Shown here: positions 28,625-37,263 of the stretch, piece after piece
Layout: every line of letters begins with the position of its first letter
Numbering within the stretch: position 1 is the first letter of the stretch
Sequence record: KX231829.1
Direction: 5' to 3' (one strand)
Length of the DNA: 41,760 nt
DNA from: Enterobacter phage Tyrion
The notes under the pieces: generated by a model
What the model was told of the DNA's origin: nothing
Database searches by the model: none
What the model saw: the letters and a program-made list of their open reading frames with translations, nothing else
Position numbers and translations under genes: made by a program

Positions 28625-29875
28625 GTGCTTACCGATACCAAACTGAAAAACCTGAAGCCTCAGGACAAACTCTATAAAGTTTCTGACCGTGACGGGCTGT
28701 ACGTAGCCGTGCTCATATCAGGCTCTGTCTCGTTCCGCTATGACTACAGAATCAACGGCCGCCGGGAAACTCTGGTGATTGGTCAGTATGGTCGTGACGG
28801 TATCAGCCTGGCGGAAGCGCGGGAAGAACTCATTGCGGCTAAAAAGTTGCTCAAGTCAGGCCAGTCGCCTGCTGCGGCAAAGCGTGACGGTATCAAAAAG
28901 ATCCGTGGCGCTGAGACATTCGCGGTACATACCGACAGCTATATGAAGCACGTCATTCTGGCTGACAGCACCCGCGCCATGAAGCAGGCAGTGATCGACC
29001 GTGACATACTTCCTGTGCTTGGCAACAAGATGATGGCGGAGATCACCACATCGATGGTGCGCGATCTGTGCGACAGGATTGTAGAGCGTGGCGGCCGTGC
29101 GACGGCAGTACAGACCAGGGAGATTATCAGCAGCGTATACCGTCACGCTAATGACCGTGGGCACGGTCTGTTTAACCCGGCAGCAGACATAAAGCCGTCG
29201 TCAATTGCCATGTTCAAGCCGCGAGAACGTTGCCTGCAACCAGAAGAGATTGGAATTTTCTTCCGCACACTCGATACCGTCGCGGCTATGGCAACGATGA
29301 AGCTGGCAACTAAACTGGTGCTGCTGACGATGGTCAGAAAAAATGAATTCATCAATGCCACCTGGAAAGAAATCGACTTCAAAAAATGGACATGGACTAT
29401 TCCGTCAAAAAGGATGAAGGGAAGCCGGGCGCACGTTATCTACCTGCCAAAGCAGGCGCAGGATCTGATGGTTGGCCTGCAGATGTGTGCTGGTGGAAGC
29501 GAGTACCTTTTGCCCGGGCGCTATTCAGTGAGCAAGCCGTTATCCAATGCAGCGCTAAACCGTCTGATCACCACCACAGTGGAATCAGCACAGTCGGCAG
29601 GATGCAACCTTGAACACTTCGCTGTACACGACCTGCGCCGCACTGCCAGCACGCTGTTGCATGAAGCTGGCTATCCATCAGACTGGATTGAAAAGGCGCT
29701 GGCGCATGAACAGAAGGGCGTGCGTGCGGTGTACAACAAAGCGGAGTACGCCAGGCAGCGCGCCTACATGTTGCAGCAGTGGGCGAATATGGTTGATTGC
29801 TGGATTAACGGGGAGCACACCGATCTGGTGCCGTTCTCCCCGTCGAAGTTTGAGAAGTGGATGGAGGGGCAATAG
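28625..29875 (+). CDS. int: Tyrosine integrase, P4-type (N-terminal arm-binding domain plus catalytic domain)
   Basis: 416 aa, GTG start. N-term LTDTKLKNLKP..KLYKVSDRDGLYVAV..GS.SFRYDYR. C-term HDLRRT...HE...Y catalytic signature. Confidence 0.9.
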   Translation: MLTDTKLKNLKPQDKLYKVSDRDGLYVAVLISGSVSFRYDYRINGRRETLVIGQYGRDGISLAEAREELIAAKKLLKSGQSPAAAKRDGIKKIRGAETFAVHTDSYMKHVILADSTRAMKQAVIDRDILPVLGNKMMAEITTSMVRDLCDRIVERGGRATAVQTREIISSVYRHANDRGHGLFNPAADIKPSSIAMFKPRERCLQPEEIGIFFRTLDTVAAMATMKLATKLVLLTMVRKNEFINATWKEIDFKKWTWTIPSKRMKGSRAHVIYLPKQAQDLMVGLQMCAGGSEYLLPGRYSVSKPLSNAALNRLITTTVESAQSAGCNLEHFAVHDLRRTASTLLHEAGYPSDWIEKALAHEQKGVRAVYNKAEYARQRAYMLQQWANMVDCWINGEHTDLVPFSPSKFEKWMEGQ

Positions 29876-29879
29876 ATTA

Positions 29880-30086
29880 TTAACTTTCCTGAATCTTGTG
29901 AGATGTAGTTAAAATATTCCGCACCACCTCTATTCTTCCTTGCTCTTCCAGGGTGCGGATTGCTATTGCTGCATCCCTGATCGTAATTCTAAGGTGATCG
30001 CAAATTTCAATAGAACTCATATTTCTAGAATGCAGAAGATTAAAAATTGAATCCTGTATTTCTTTCCCACCATATACACGCTTCAT
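29880..30086 (-). CDS. Small winged-helix regulator, PapI/FaeA-like
   Basis: ORF 29880..30218. Likely start MKRVYGG at 30086, overlapping the methyltransferase stop. Paralogous to 30720..30947. Confidence 0.5.
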   Translation of the reverse strand: MKRVYGGKEIQDSIFNLLHSRNMSSIEICDHLRITIRDAAIAIRTLEEQGRIEVVRNILTTSHKIQES

Positions 30087-30730
30087 GCTGCACGCTCCCG
30101 GCCCTGGTTGTCTGTTGGTGATAGCGGAGCATTTGAGAATGCCTGCGCCATTCCTGCAACATCCAGCGCATAACCTGGATGAAGTTGCACCGCCGGACCG
30201 TCGCACTGGTTTCCCCAAACGTCGAAACCATGCGACGACTGGCGAGCGAACAATTCTATGCGCGGCACATCGCCCAACAGTTGCACCAGTTTTTCCCTGA
30301 TGATGTCTGGTTTGCGTGAGTTCTCCATGCGCGGCGCCGTGACGTGCTGGCAGATTGACGCATCCATGCGGGACGGTAGTTTCCCACGCACCGCAAACAG
30401 GCAGTCTTCGCTGTTCGCCCTGGTAAGATGGCCCATGCCGATCGCGCTGTTCCCCTTATGCTTATTCGTTTTATGCCAGGTGAATCCCTTCATGGTCATC
30501 AGTCGGAAGCCCCACGCCTCTACAACCTTCAGCGCTTCAACCGGCTGAGTTGGAACCCACCACATCGCCAGCAGGCAATCATCTGAAGCGAGATCCCATA
30601 CAGGCAGGCGGCAGATATCCAGCACGTTCATCACCGGATATTTGAACCCGGCGCCGCGGTCGCCGTCTGCTGCCTTGTCGCGATATGACCAGGGAGGATC
30701 AGCGTAGATGAGTGTGTATTTATTTGGCAT
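30083..30730 (-). CDS. N6-adenine DNA methyltransferase (MT-A70/Dam-phage family, DPPW motif), orphan
   Basis: 215 aa. N-term YTLIYADPPWSY. No restriction-endonuclease partner nearby. Confidence 0.85.
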   Translation of the reverse strand: MPNKYTLIYADPPWSYRDKAADGDRGAGFKYPVMNVLDICRLPVWDLASDDCLLAMWWVPTQPVEALKVVEAWGFRLMTMKGFTWHKTNKHKGNSAIGMGHLTRANSEDCLFAVRGKLPSRMDASICQHVTAPRMENSRKPDIIREKLVQLLGDVPRIELFARQSSHGFDVWGNQCDGPAVQLHPGYALDVAGMAQAFSNAPLSPTDNQGRERAA

Positions 30731-30947
30731 TCCTCATCTCCTTAATCTTTTTTATGGACTTGCTAAAGTTGTTCTTTTTGAATTCGATAAAACCACCTTT
30801 AATCAATTTTTTTATCGCCAAATCAACAACGTTTTGAGAAATTCCCAAGTTTTTGGAAATTTGTGCAGATGTTTTGTTAGGATTTTTTTTAAGGAAATCA
30901 AAAATACATGCCTGAGTATCGGCCCCCGCAATTGTATGTTTTGTCAT
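30720..30947 (-). CDS. Small winged-helix regulator, PapI/FaeA-like (AT-rich)
   Basis: 75 aa. IFDFLKKNPNKTSAQISKNLGISQNVVDLAIKKLIKGGFIEF aligns with the 29880..30086 product. Lys-rich, low-GC codon usage. Confidence 0.55.
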   Translation of the reverse strand: MTKHTIAGADTQACIFDFLKKNPNKTSAQISKNLGISQNVVDLAIKKLIKGGFIEFKKNNFSKSIKKIKEMRNAK

Positions 30948-31119
30948 ATCACACCAGCCTTAATTGGACGAACCTTAAGCGATTCATTCAATTTCTCAGC
31001 AACTCGTTGTGCTGCTATGGGGTTGTTAATAATCAACTTTGCAGGAGTTAACCAGCCTCTGTGTTTAACAGAGTAAATAAGAGTTACCTTACCGACGGTG
31101 ATATTGTCGTGAGGATTAG
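30943..31119 (-). CDS. Hypothetical 58-aa protein (not in ORF track)
   Basis: Minus-strand ATG at 31119 overlapping the upstream stop (TATGACTAA). Its own stop overlaps the ATG of the 75-aa gene (ATGA), so it is translationally coupled in the operon. Confidence 0.4.
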
Positions 31120-31505
31120 TCATAGATCACCCCACGGCTGAGTATTCCACTGTAATCACCACAGCGCAGGCCATTACTTTTCGTGATGCACTGGTCACGA
31201 CGAACGGCGATCTTGTGCCGCTCAACTTCACCCTTCGCTGCATCCATACACAGGAGCCATAGACGAGCAGCAACGCGAAAGTGACCTTTTTTCTCTCTTG
31301 CGATAGCGCGCTTCTCGATCTCCATCGCCGCCGGTGTCACCGCGATTACTTTTGAGACTTCGCTTTTTGACACATGGTCAAGATGGTACTTCTGCAATTT
31401 CGTTAACTTTGGCTTATTCATTTGATCCAGCCTTCTCTGAAAATAACCGCCAGCAGGTAAAGCCAGGCGGAAATTGAGGTCAGGTATAAGTACCATCCTG
31501 ACCAC
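31116..31505 (-). CDS. Hypothetical protein (first gene of leftward methyltransferase operon)
   Basis: 129 aa ORF. An alternative start is MNKPK at 31421. Confidence 0.5.
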   Translation of the reverse strand: MVRMVLIPDLNFRLALPAGGYFQRRLDQMNKPKLTKLQKYHLDHVSKSEVSKVIAVTPAAMEIEKRAIAREKKGHFRVAARLWLLCMDAAKGEVERHKIAVRRDQCITKSNGLRCGDYSGILSRGVIYD

Positions 31506-31530
31506 TTATTCCAGTGCCTGATCAGCGCTG

Positions 31531-31779
31531 TCATGCTGCGCTACTCACTGGACGATAAACACGCTGATCAACCGGCGGTTTTTTCCCCTGGAATTGAGCA
31601 GGGCTTTGAGCCTGTCGCTCATCCAGCCATCGCTCGACTTCATCCTGATTCCAGGCGCAACGTTTATCAGTTATATACCAGCGCTTTGGAAATTCTCCGG
31701 CGCGCTCCATACGATCGATCGTGCTCCATGACAATGGCACCACCGCCAGGAGTTCCTTCTTGCCTAATGCACCTTTCAT
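31531..31779 (-). CDS. AlpA/Xis-like DNA-binding protein (excisionase candidate)
   Basis: 82 aa. LSWSTIDRMERAGEFPKR is an AlpA-family HTH. Confidence 0.65.
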   Translation of the reverse strand: MKGALGKKELLAVVPLSWSTIDRMERAGEFPKRWYITDKRCAWNQDEVERWLDERQAQSPAQFQGKKPPVDQRVYRPVSSAA

Positions 31780-31828
31780 AAAAACCTCTCTTGGTTGCAG
31801 TGCGGCGCGCGTGGCGCCGCGGTGGTGG

Positions 31829-32797
31829 TTACATCGGTACTTCGTTTAATTCATCACGGCGGATGCTGTAAACGTCAGTGGCTTTTTCCAGACGCTCATC
31901 ATCATTCGCCAATTTTTTGGCAACGTATTTGTAGGCGTTGTCCAGGTCAGCAATGGTGTTGTAGTTCATCGCCGCACCGGTAAACGCTGCCAGGATTTCA
32001 TCAGGATCCCGGTCGTCTGCCTTTCTGGTTTGTTCTTCCTGCTTCTGCTCTGGCTTTGAATTGATCAGGCTGTTCACGCCTGATGCGGTCGATGCTGGCG
32101 GCGTAATGTCACGCTCTACGCGCGGTGTTGTCTCCTGCAATTCGTCAGGGGTGTAGACACCCATGATGACGTCAGGGCAATGCAGGCGTGACCAGCGCTT
32201 TGTCGCCAGGTATGCGAGTTGTTGTTTAGGATCACTGGCCCAAAGAGTGGAGTTTCTTACCTGTGCCTGTGACAGTAGCAATTCCAGGACACGTGGTTTA
32301 TCTTCACCCTTCATCGTGGCCCATACACGCACTCCACAACCTGCTTCATCTTTTAATGTCCATGCTGGAGCGATGTAGGTATTACCCTTCTGGGATGTTT
32401 TCTCTACAAACTTGCCGATCACGTTTTCCCACGGTCCGAACCACTCATAGTTGATACGGTCTTTCGTTGGCGACATCGTGGTGATCACCGCATTTACCAA
32501 CTGGGCCTCATAACCGAGAGTGCCGCTAACGACATGAGTTTTCTGCGCGACTGCGAATGGATTCATACCCCACTGAGCAGCCTGCATTGCCACAGCCATG
32601 CAATCAGCAGGCTTTCCGGCGAGGTGAGCCGGTACGGTCACGCGACTTTGAGACATGACCTCGGCAAACTTCATCAACTGGTTCAACCCTTCAGGGCTAA
32701 AAATGGTGGCAGCGGTGCCAGCTATGGCAGTGTCTACTGGTTGGTTAATGGTTGAGATTTCGTTGCTCATACGTACATATCCTGTTTGCGTGCCCAC
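31829..32797 (-). CDS. recT: RecT-family single-strand annealing recombinase
   Basis: 322 aa, adjacent to and overlapping the exonuclease gene. RecT-like core. Confidence 0.8.
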   Translation of the reverse strand: MGTQTGYVRMSNEISTINQPVDTAIAGTAATIFSPEGLNQLMKFAEVMSQSRVTVPAHLAGKPADCMAVAMQAAQWGMNPFAVAQKTHVVSGTLGYEAQLVNAVITTMSPTKDRINYEWFGPWENVIGKFVEKTSQKGNTYIAPAWTLKDEAGCGVRVWATMKGEDKPRVLELLLSQAQVRNSTLWASDPKQQLAYLATKRWSRLHCPDVIMGVYTPDELQETTPRVERDITPPASTASGVNSLINSKPEQKQEEQTRKADDRDPDEILAAFTGAAMNYNTIADLDNAYKYVAKKLANDDERLEKATDVYSIRRDELNEVPM

Positions 32798-33588
32798 TCA
32801 GGGCGTTTAATAATTTCCACACCACCCCATTCATCGCTGATGCGGCATTCGTGATAGGTATTCAGATCCCGGCGGAATAACTGGTGTCCGGCGTCAACAT
32901 CAGGTGCATCAAGTTCGAACACGCGGACCGGGTATCGACCGCAGTCGATGGTTTCGCTGACAGCCAGGAAGAAGAAACCATGCGGTTGGCCAGTAACCTT
33001 CAGCGCGCCTTCGCGGTACATGGCGTCCTGGACGTGATAACGGAACTCCTCGATGTGACGTGCGAAGCGATCCATGTCGGCAACCTTTTTCACATCAACG
33101 ATCACGTTGTGCTCATTCAGCCATTTGTCAGGACGGATTCGGCACAGTTCGCCAGTCTCTTCATCGTTCCAGTACATTGACGCTTCACAGTGGCCTGGCG
33201 CCTCCAGCATCCAGCGCGCAGCCGGGTGGGCCATTGCGCTGTCGCGCATCAGTTTCAGTTTCCGGCCCTGTTCGGCGTCCATTACCGTCATACCCATACC
33301 GGCAACATCGCGCAGGAACGCTTCTTCGTCTGCTTTACCCTGGTTGGTGCGGCGGTTGAACTGTGGCGCCACGATGAAACGTTTATCGAATTCATCCGGC
33401 TCCAGTAGCAGGCAGTGCAGAGCGGTACCCATGTCCAGTGCCGATTTTTTCTCTTCATCTTCCGGCGCAGCCTTCACCCATTTCAGAAGAGCAGGGTTCT
33501 TTGCCACCATATCCAGCTGCGACTTACTCACGCCGTCACCGGCGTGGTAGTCCTCATTGCTGATGTCGAAATAGGTTCCTGGGTTCAT
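32767..33588 (-). CDS. YqaJ/lambda-Exo-like recombination exonuclease (PD-(D/E)XK)
   Basis: 273 aa immediately upstream of recT. YqaJ-type motifs. Confidence 0.8.
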   Translation of the reverse strand: MNPGTYFDISNEDYHAGDGVSKSQLDMVAKNPALLKWVKAAPEDEEKKSALDMGTALHCLLLEPDEFDKRFIVAPQFNRRTNQGKADEEAFLRDVAGMGMTVMDAEQGRKLKLMRDSAMAHPAARWMLEAPGHCEASMYWNDEETGELCRIRPDKWLNEHNVIVDVKKVADMDRFARHIEEFRYHVQDAMYREGALKVTGQPHGFFFLAVSETIDCGRYPVRVFELDAPDVDAGHQLFRRDLNTYHECRISDEWGGVEIIKRPEWARKQDMYV

Positions 33589-33722
33589 TCTTCAACCTCG
33601 CTATCATCAGGTTCATCAACCGACTGATTGTTTATTGCTCCGCAAGATTCACATTCTGTGTGGGTCAGGCTTGACCAAGGTCCTTTCCAAAAAACCTGTC
33701 CGCCGCATGTTTGGCAAATCAT
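33588..33722 (-). CDS. 45-aa zinc-ribbon protein (not in ORF track)
   Basis: MICQTCGGQ...CESCG has two CxxC pairs. Its stop overlaps the exonuclease ATG. Confidence 0.4.
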
Positions 33723-34060
33723 GCTGCTGTCCTCGCGCTGTCAATTTTGTCCGCCATATCCATCCTGGCGATGACGCCAGTCAATTCACGTTTGAACGAC
33801 GACATCAGTTCTTCGTACTCGCAGCTTTCTTTTGCCGCTTCCAGAATTTCACGGCGAACGCCAGCACGAAGAAGCGAACGCTCGAACGTCTCATCCATGT
33901 CGGCGCCGCTGACTGCATCAATCAGTTCAACGTGGCGGTCGTACAGTTCTGATGACATCTGGTATTCGTTGCTGAACATGACCGCGATATTGTTCAGATT
34001 GTTAATCTGTTGTGTGTTCACTTGCTCACCCCCATATCCCGTTATCGTTGGCAACTTCAT
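33719..34060 (-). CDS. Hypothetical early protein (leftward operon)
   Basis: 113 aa, acidic, no recognised domain. Confidence 0.5.
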   Translation of the reverse strand: MKLPTITGYGGEQVNTQQINNLNNIAVMFSNEYQMSSELYDRHVELIDAVSGADMDETFERSLLRAGVRREILEAAKESCEYEELMSSFKRELTGVIARMDMADKIDSARTAA

Positions 34061-34176
34061 GGGCTACCTTGTTGGTAAACGCCCATTTGATGCCTTCCTG
34101 CAGCGTGCGAAACTTCCAGCTCATCAGCCCGCAAGCTGTAACGCAGTACCAACCGTTAATGATTTTCCACTGCATG

Positions 34177-34283
34177 ATTTATTACCTCGGTTTGTTACCG
34201 TTGAGGTAATAATTATCCATATATGGTTTGCAGTCAATAGATATGAGTGTAAAAAATTACCTGTGGGGTAATTGTCAGGTAAT
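34177..34283. promoter_or_regulatory. OL-like operator/promoter cluster
   Basis: TTACCTCGG..CCGTTGAGGTAAT, then GGTAAT-aattat-CCATATATGG (34205..34226). Perfect ATTACC-TGTGG-GGTAAT (34256..34272), AGGTAAT (34277..34283). Leftward sigma70-like TTGACT-17-AATTAT with CCATATATGG in the spacer. Confidence 0.55.
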
Positions 34284-34294
34284 CTTAAAGGCAA

Positions 34295-34317
34295 TAAAAA
34301 AGCCGCTCATTGGCGGC
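34295..34317 (-). terminator. Terminator after repressor gene
   Basis: GCCGC-tcattg-GCGGC. On the minus strand it is followed by UUUUUUAUU. Confidence 0.55.
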
Positions 34318-34339
34318 TTAGTTATTGATTATTTGAATA

Positions 34340-34924
34340 TTATTCTGTTGTTTTTTTATTCTGACTGATAACGAATTCTATGTAGCTTTCTATCTTCTTT
34401 TTTTCTACGTCAGGTAACAATCCGTAACTTGGTCGGTCATATCTGATAGCTTCCGGATCATGAGGATGAATCAGCAATTCATAACCATGTCGACCGAACG
34501 CGGAGGCGATAGATTCGAGAGTTGAGATTGATACACTGACTTCGTTGTTCAGCATTCTGCTGACAGTGTTCTGAGAAATTCCGCTGGCGCGCTCGATCTT
34601 ACCTTGTGATGTCAGGTTATCGCTTTCTCTCATCCAGCGTTCAAGGTTATGGGCAGCAATGATACCAATATCAGTTGGTCCTACAGGTACAAAGCTATCA
34701 AGAGTCAGAGATCTGTCTATGTCCAGCCAGTTACGCGGTTTGTTTGCTGCTGCCTCAATCTTACGTGCAACCTGATCACCGATTATTTTCTTTCCAAGAA
34801 CCCAACGATTAACCAGGTTAGCCTGCGTGTTCATCCTTTCTGCAAGACGCGTCTGCACGCCGTTAAATTCGCGGTCTATTAGATCCTTGAGATTTTGTCT
34901 GCGTACGTCCTGGATACTTTTCAT
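34340..34924 (-). CDS. Prophage repressor, tandem HTH_XRE domains, no S24 peptidase domain
   Basis: 194 aa with two HTH regions (about 1-65 and about 105-160). No Ser/Lys autocleavage module. Divergent from the cro-like gene. Confidence 0.75.
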   Translation of the reverse strand: MKSIQDVRRQNLKDLIDREFNGVQTRLAERMNTQANLVNRWVLGKKIIGDQVARKIEAAANKPRNWLDIDRSLTLDSFVPVGPTDIGIIAAHNLERWMRESDNLTSQGKIERASGISQNTVSRMLNNEVSVSISTLESIASAFGRHGYELLIHPHDPEAIRYDRPSYGLLPDVEKKKIESYIEFVISQNKKTTE

Positions 34925-34956
34925 GCTCTTGAAAATAAGCTCTTAAGTGAATGAGT

Positions 34957-35041
34957 AGGTAATTCAATTAAAAGCGATATTACCCCACAGGTAAATGCAC
35001 CCCACAGGTAACTGAACTTGATTTTTGTTACCTAATCGGTG
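34957..35041. promoter_or_regulatory. OR-like operator cluster (PRM/PR)
   Basis: AGGTAAT (34957), ATTACC-CCACA-GGTAA (34978..34993), GCACC-CCACA-GGTAA (34996..35010), TTACC-TAATC-GGTGA (35027..35041) overlapping a rightward TTGATT (35017..35022)-17-GAGTAT promoter. Confidence 0.6.
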
Positions 35042-35078
35042 AGTATTTATTATCTGACATAAATATCAGGCAATAGCT

Positions 35079-35309
35079 ATGAGCGAGAACACGCAATTCG
35101 ATTTCAAAAAGCACTGGCTTGCACTTACTCCGGATGAGCGTGAAGCCTTCGCAGAAGAGGCGGGAACGACCAGCCATTATATCCAGACGCACCTTACCAG
35201 CAAACGTAAAATGCCAGGTAAGACACTGATGAACGGGCTGTTTAGGGCTGCAAAATCCCGTCAGTGGGTACGCACAAAACCCGAACTGGCATACTTCTTC
35301 TACTCCTGA
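35079..35309 (+). CDS. Cro/CII-like small transcriptional regulator
   Basis: 76 aa, first rightward gene divergent from the repressor. HTH-like LTPDEREAFAEEAGTTSHYIQ. Confidence 0.5.
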   Translation: MSENTQFDFKKHWLALTPDEREAFAEEAGTTSHYIQTHLTSKRKMPGKTLMNGLFRAAKSRQWVRTKPELAYFFYS

Positions 35310-35373
35310 TTTCCCCTACCGATCCCCACAAGGCCGCCTTCTGGCGGTCTTTTCATATCTATTCGTACCCAAA

Positions 35374-35396
35374 AGGTAATTATTATCCATATATGG
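35374..35396. promoter_or_regulatory. Promoter/operator unit upstream of 35461 operon
   Basis: AGGTAAT-tat-TATCCATATATGGTT. The same 25-bp arrangement occurs at 26442 and 34205. Confidence 0.5.
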
Positions 35397-35460
35397 TTGA
35401 TCTTTTTTCTTCTCTGATTAAAAATTGTCGTAATCCCAACACTAATACTCAGGGTTAAGC

Positions 35461-35670
35461 ATGAAAATCATTACGCGTATGGATGCCGCAAAAAGCGGAC
35501 TGAAGCGTTATTACACTGGAAAACCATGTAAACACGGGCATGACAGTGAACGATGGGTATACAACGGTCATTGCGTCAAGTGCACGATGGAATCAAATCG
35601 GCGTATCAAGGCGGAAATAAAACGGATTATGGATGAGGCTTCCAGGGGCGATGCTATGGAGGTGATCTGA
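35461..35670 (+). CDS. Small Cys/His zinc-finger protein
   Basis: 69 aa with CKHGH...C..C. Confidence 0.5.
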   Translation: MKIITRMDAAKSGLKRYYTGKPCKHGHDSERWVYNGHCVKCTMESNRRIKAEIKRIMDEASRGDAMEVI

Positions 35671-36437
35671 TGGCTCGCATTCGAACGATAAAGCCGGAGT
35701 TCTGGACAGATGAAGACATGGCAGAACTATCAGAGCCAGCATGCCTTCTTGCTATTGGCCTTCTGAATTACGCCGATGATGAAGGATACTTCAATGCCAA
35801 CCCGAAACTGATAAAAGCTGCAGTTTTCCCAATCAGAGATCCGTCCGTTCCTATTCCGGTACTAATACGGGAGCTTTCCAACTGTGGTTATTTGTCCATG
35901 TTTTCAACCCAGGACGGCAAGCATTTTGGTGCAATAACAAATTTCCTTAAACATCAGGTAGTAAACAAGCCAAAGGAAAGCAAAATCAAATACTTACCTC
36001 TTATACCGTATGAGTACGGTACTGATACAGGATTAGTACCTGTAGGAATGGATCAGGGATCAGGGATCAGGGAAAGTAAAACCCCTCTCTCTGCGCGCGA
36101 AGAAATTCAAATTCCTCCTGTTGTTGTTCCAGGTATCGGAGAACCGATCGGCAAATTCACCATGCATGAAAACTGGCAACCATCTGAAGATTTTGTCATG
36201 CGCGCCAGAATGTGGGGCTATGCATTACCTGCTGACGGGTACAAGAAATCAGAACTGATTGAATTCATCACTTACTGGATGGCAGAAGGCAATGTGATGC
36301 AACACGTGCAGTGGGAACAGAAGTTTGCCAGGCTGCTGATGAACAGGAAAAAAAGAGCGGCAGGAAAGCGCGGTGACGACTCTGACGATGACGTACCGCA
36401 CTGGAACAGTCCAGAGGCGTGGGAGGATTTCTTGTGA
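35670..36437 (+). CDS. Replication initiation protein (lambda O-like role)
   Basis: 255 aa immediately upstream of, and overlapping, the P-like gene. N-terminal DNA-binding-like region. Confidence 0.6.
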   Translation: MARIRTIKPEFWTDEDMAELSEPACLLAIGLLNYADDEGYFNANPKLIKAAVFPIRDPSVPIPVLIRELSNCGYLSMFSTQDGKHFGAITNFLKHQVVNKPKESKIKYLPLIPYEYGTDTGLVPVGMDQGSGIRESKTPLSAREEIQIPPVVVPGIGEPIGKFTMHENWQPSEDFVMRARMWGYALPADGYKKSELIEFITYWMAEGNVMQHVQWEQKFARLLMNRKKRAAGKRGDDSDDDVPHWNSPEAWEDFL

Positions 36438-37219
36438 ACAACGTATTTAACGCAATCCAGAACAGAGACGGTGCAGCGCTTTCTCGCATGACCGGATCAG
36501 ACAGAGAGCACGAAGGGAATGACAACGTGGTGAACATCACCGCAGAGCGCCTTGTCGATGCCCTGTTTAAACAACTCAAACAGTTATTCCCGGCGGCAGA
36601 GCAAACAAACCTGAAAACGGCAGCGCAGGAAGTATCAGCAAAGCAGCAGTGGATCGCCGCATTCGCCGAAGGTGGTATCCGTACCCGTGAGCAGGTCTCT
36701 GCCGGAATGCGTCATGCCAGAGCCAGTGAATCACCGTTCTGGCCTTCACCTGGTCAATTCATCAAGTGGTGCAAAGACAGCAAGATGGTGCTTGGCGTCA
36801 GCATCGATGATGTGATGGGGGAGTTTCACCGGTACGCCAAAGAAAAAAGTCTCCAGCCTGGCGGACCTGAGAGATTCCCGTGGCGCCACCCGGTCATGTA
36901 CTGGATTGTGTGTGATACCCGGCGCGCTATGTACCAGCGGCAGCTGAGTGAGGCTGAAGTCGAGAAGCATGCGCGTAAGCTGCTTGATGAGTGGGCGCAG
37001 AAGGTTGCAGCAGGGCAGCAGATACCGGATCCAGTTCTCAGCATACAGGCGAAACCAGAGCCGATGAGTACGCCGCCCGATAGCTCAGGAAGCGCCTACC
37101 ACCCACCAGGGCGAAGTTTTGGCTGCATGCCTAACTCAGCGACACTTGGAGGGATCACTCCGGCGATGTGGCTTATGGAGGAATACAGGCGAGGTAAGGC
37201 GGCAGGACTCATCAAATAG
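36419..37219 (+). CDS. Lambda P-like replication protein (helicase loader)
   Basis: The central region aligns with lambda P: QQWIAAFAEGGIRTREQVSAGMRHARASESPFWPSPGQFIKWC versus lambda RRQWVLAFRENGITTMEQVNAGMRVARRQNRPFLPSPGQFVAWC. Confidence 0.8.
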   Translation: MGGFLVNNVFNAIQNRDGAALSRMTGSDREHEGNDNVVNITAERLVDALFKQLKQLFPAAEQTNLKTAAQEVSAKQQWIAAFAEGGIRTREQVSAGMRHARASESPFWPSPGQFIKWCKDSKMVLGVSIDDVMGEFHRYAKEKSLQPGGPERFPWRHPVMYWIVCDTRRAMYQRQLSEAEVEKHARKLLDEWAQKVAAGQQIPDPVLSIQAKPEPMSTPPDSSGSAYHPPGRSFGCMPNSATLGGITPAMWLMEEYRRGKAAGLIK

Positions 37220-37263
37220 CAAAGTAACACCGGCGCAGCAGCGCATTTTTTTACGCCCACACA

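Noticed and set aside
34205-34317. Short rightward antisense transcript at the 3' end of the repressor gene (oop-like), running from the 34205 unit to the bidirectional hairpin at 34302..34317
   Set aside because: The promoter elements in this unit are better explained as a leftward PL-like promoter (TTGACT-17-AATTAT). I could not see a convincing rightward -10/-35 pair, so this stays speculative.
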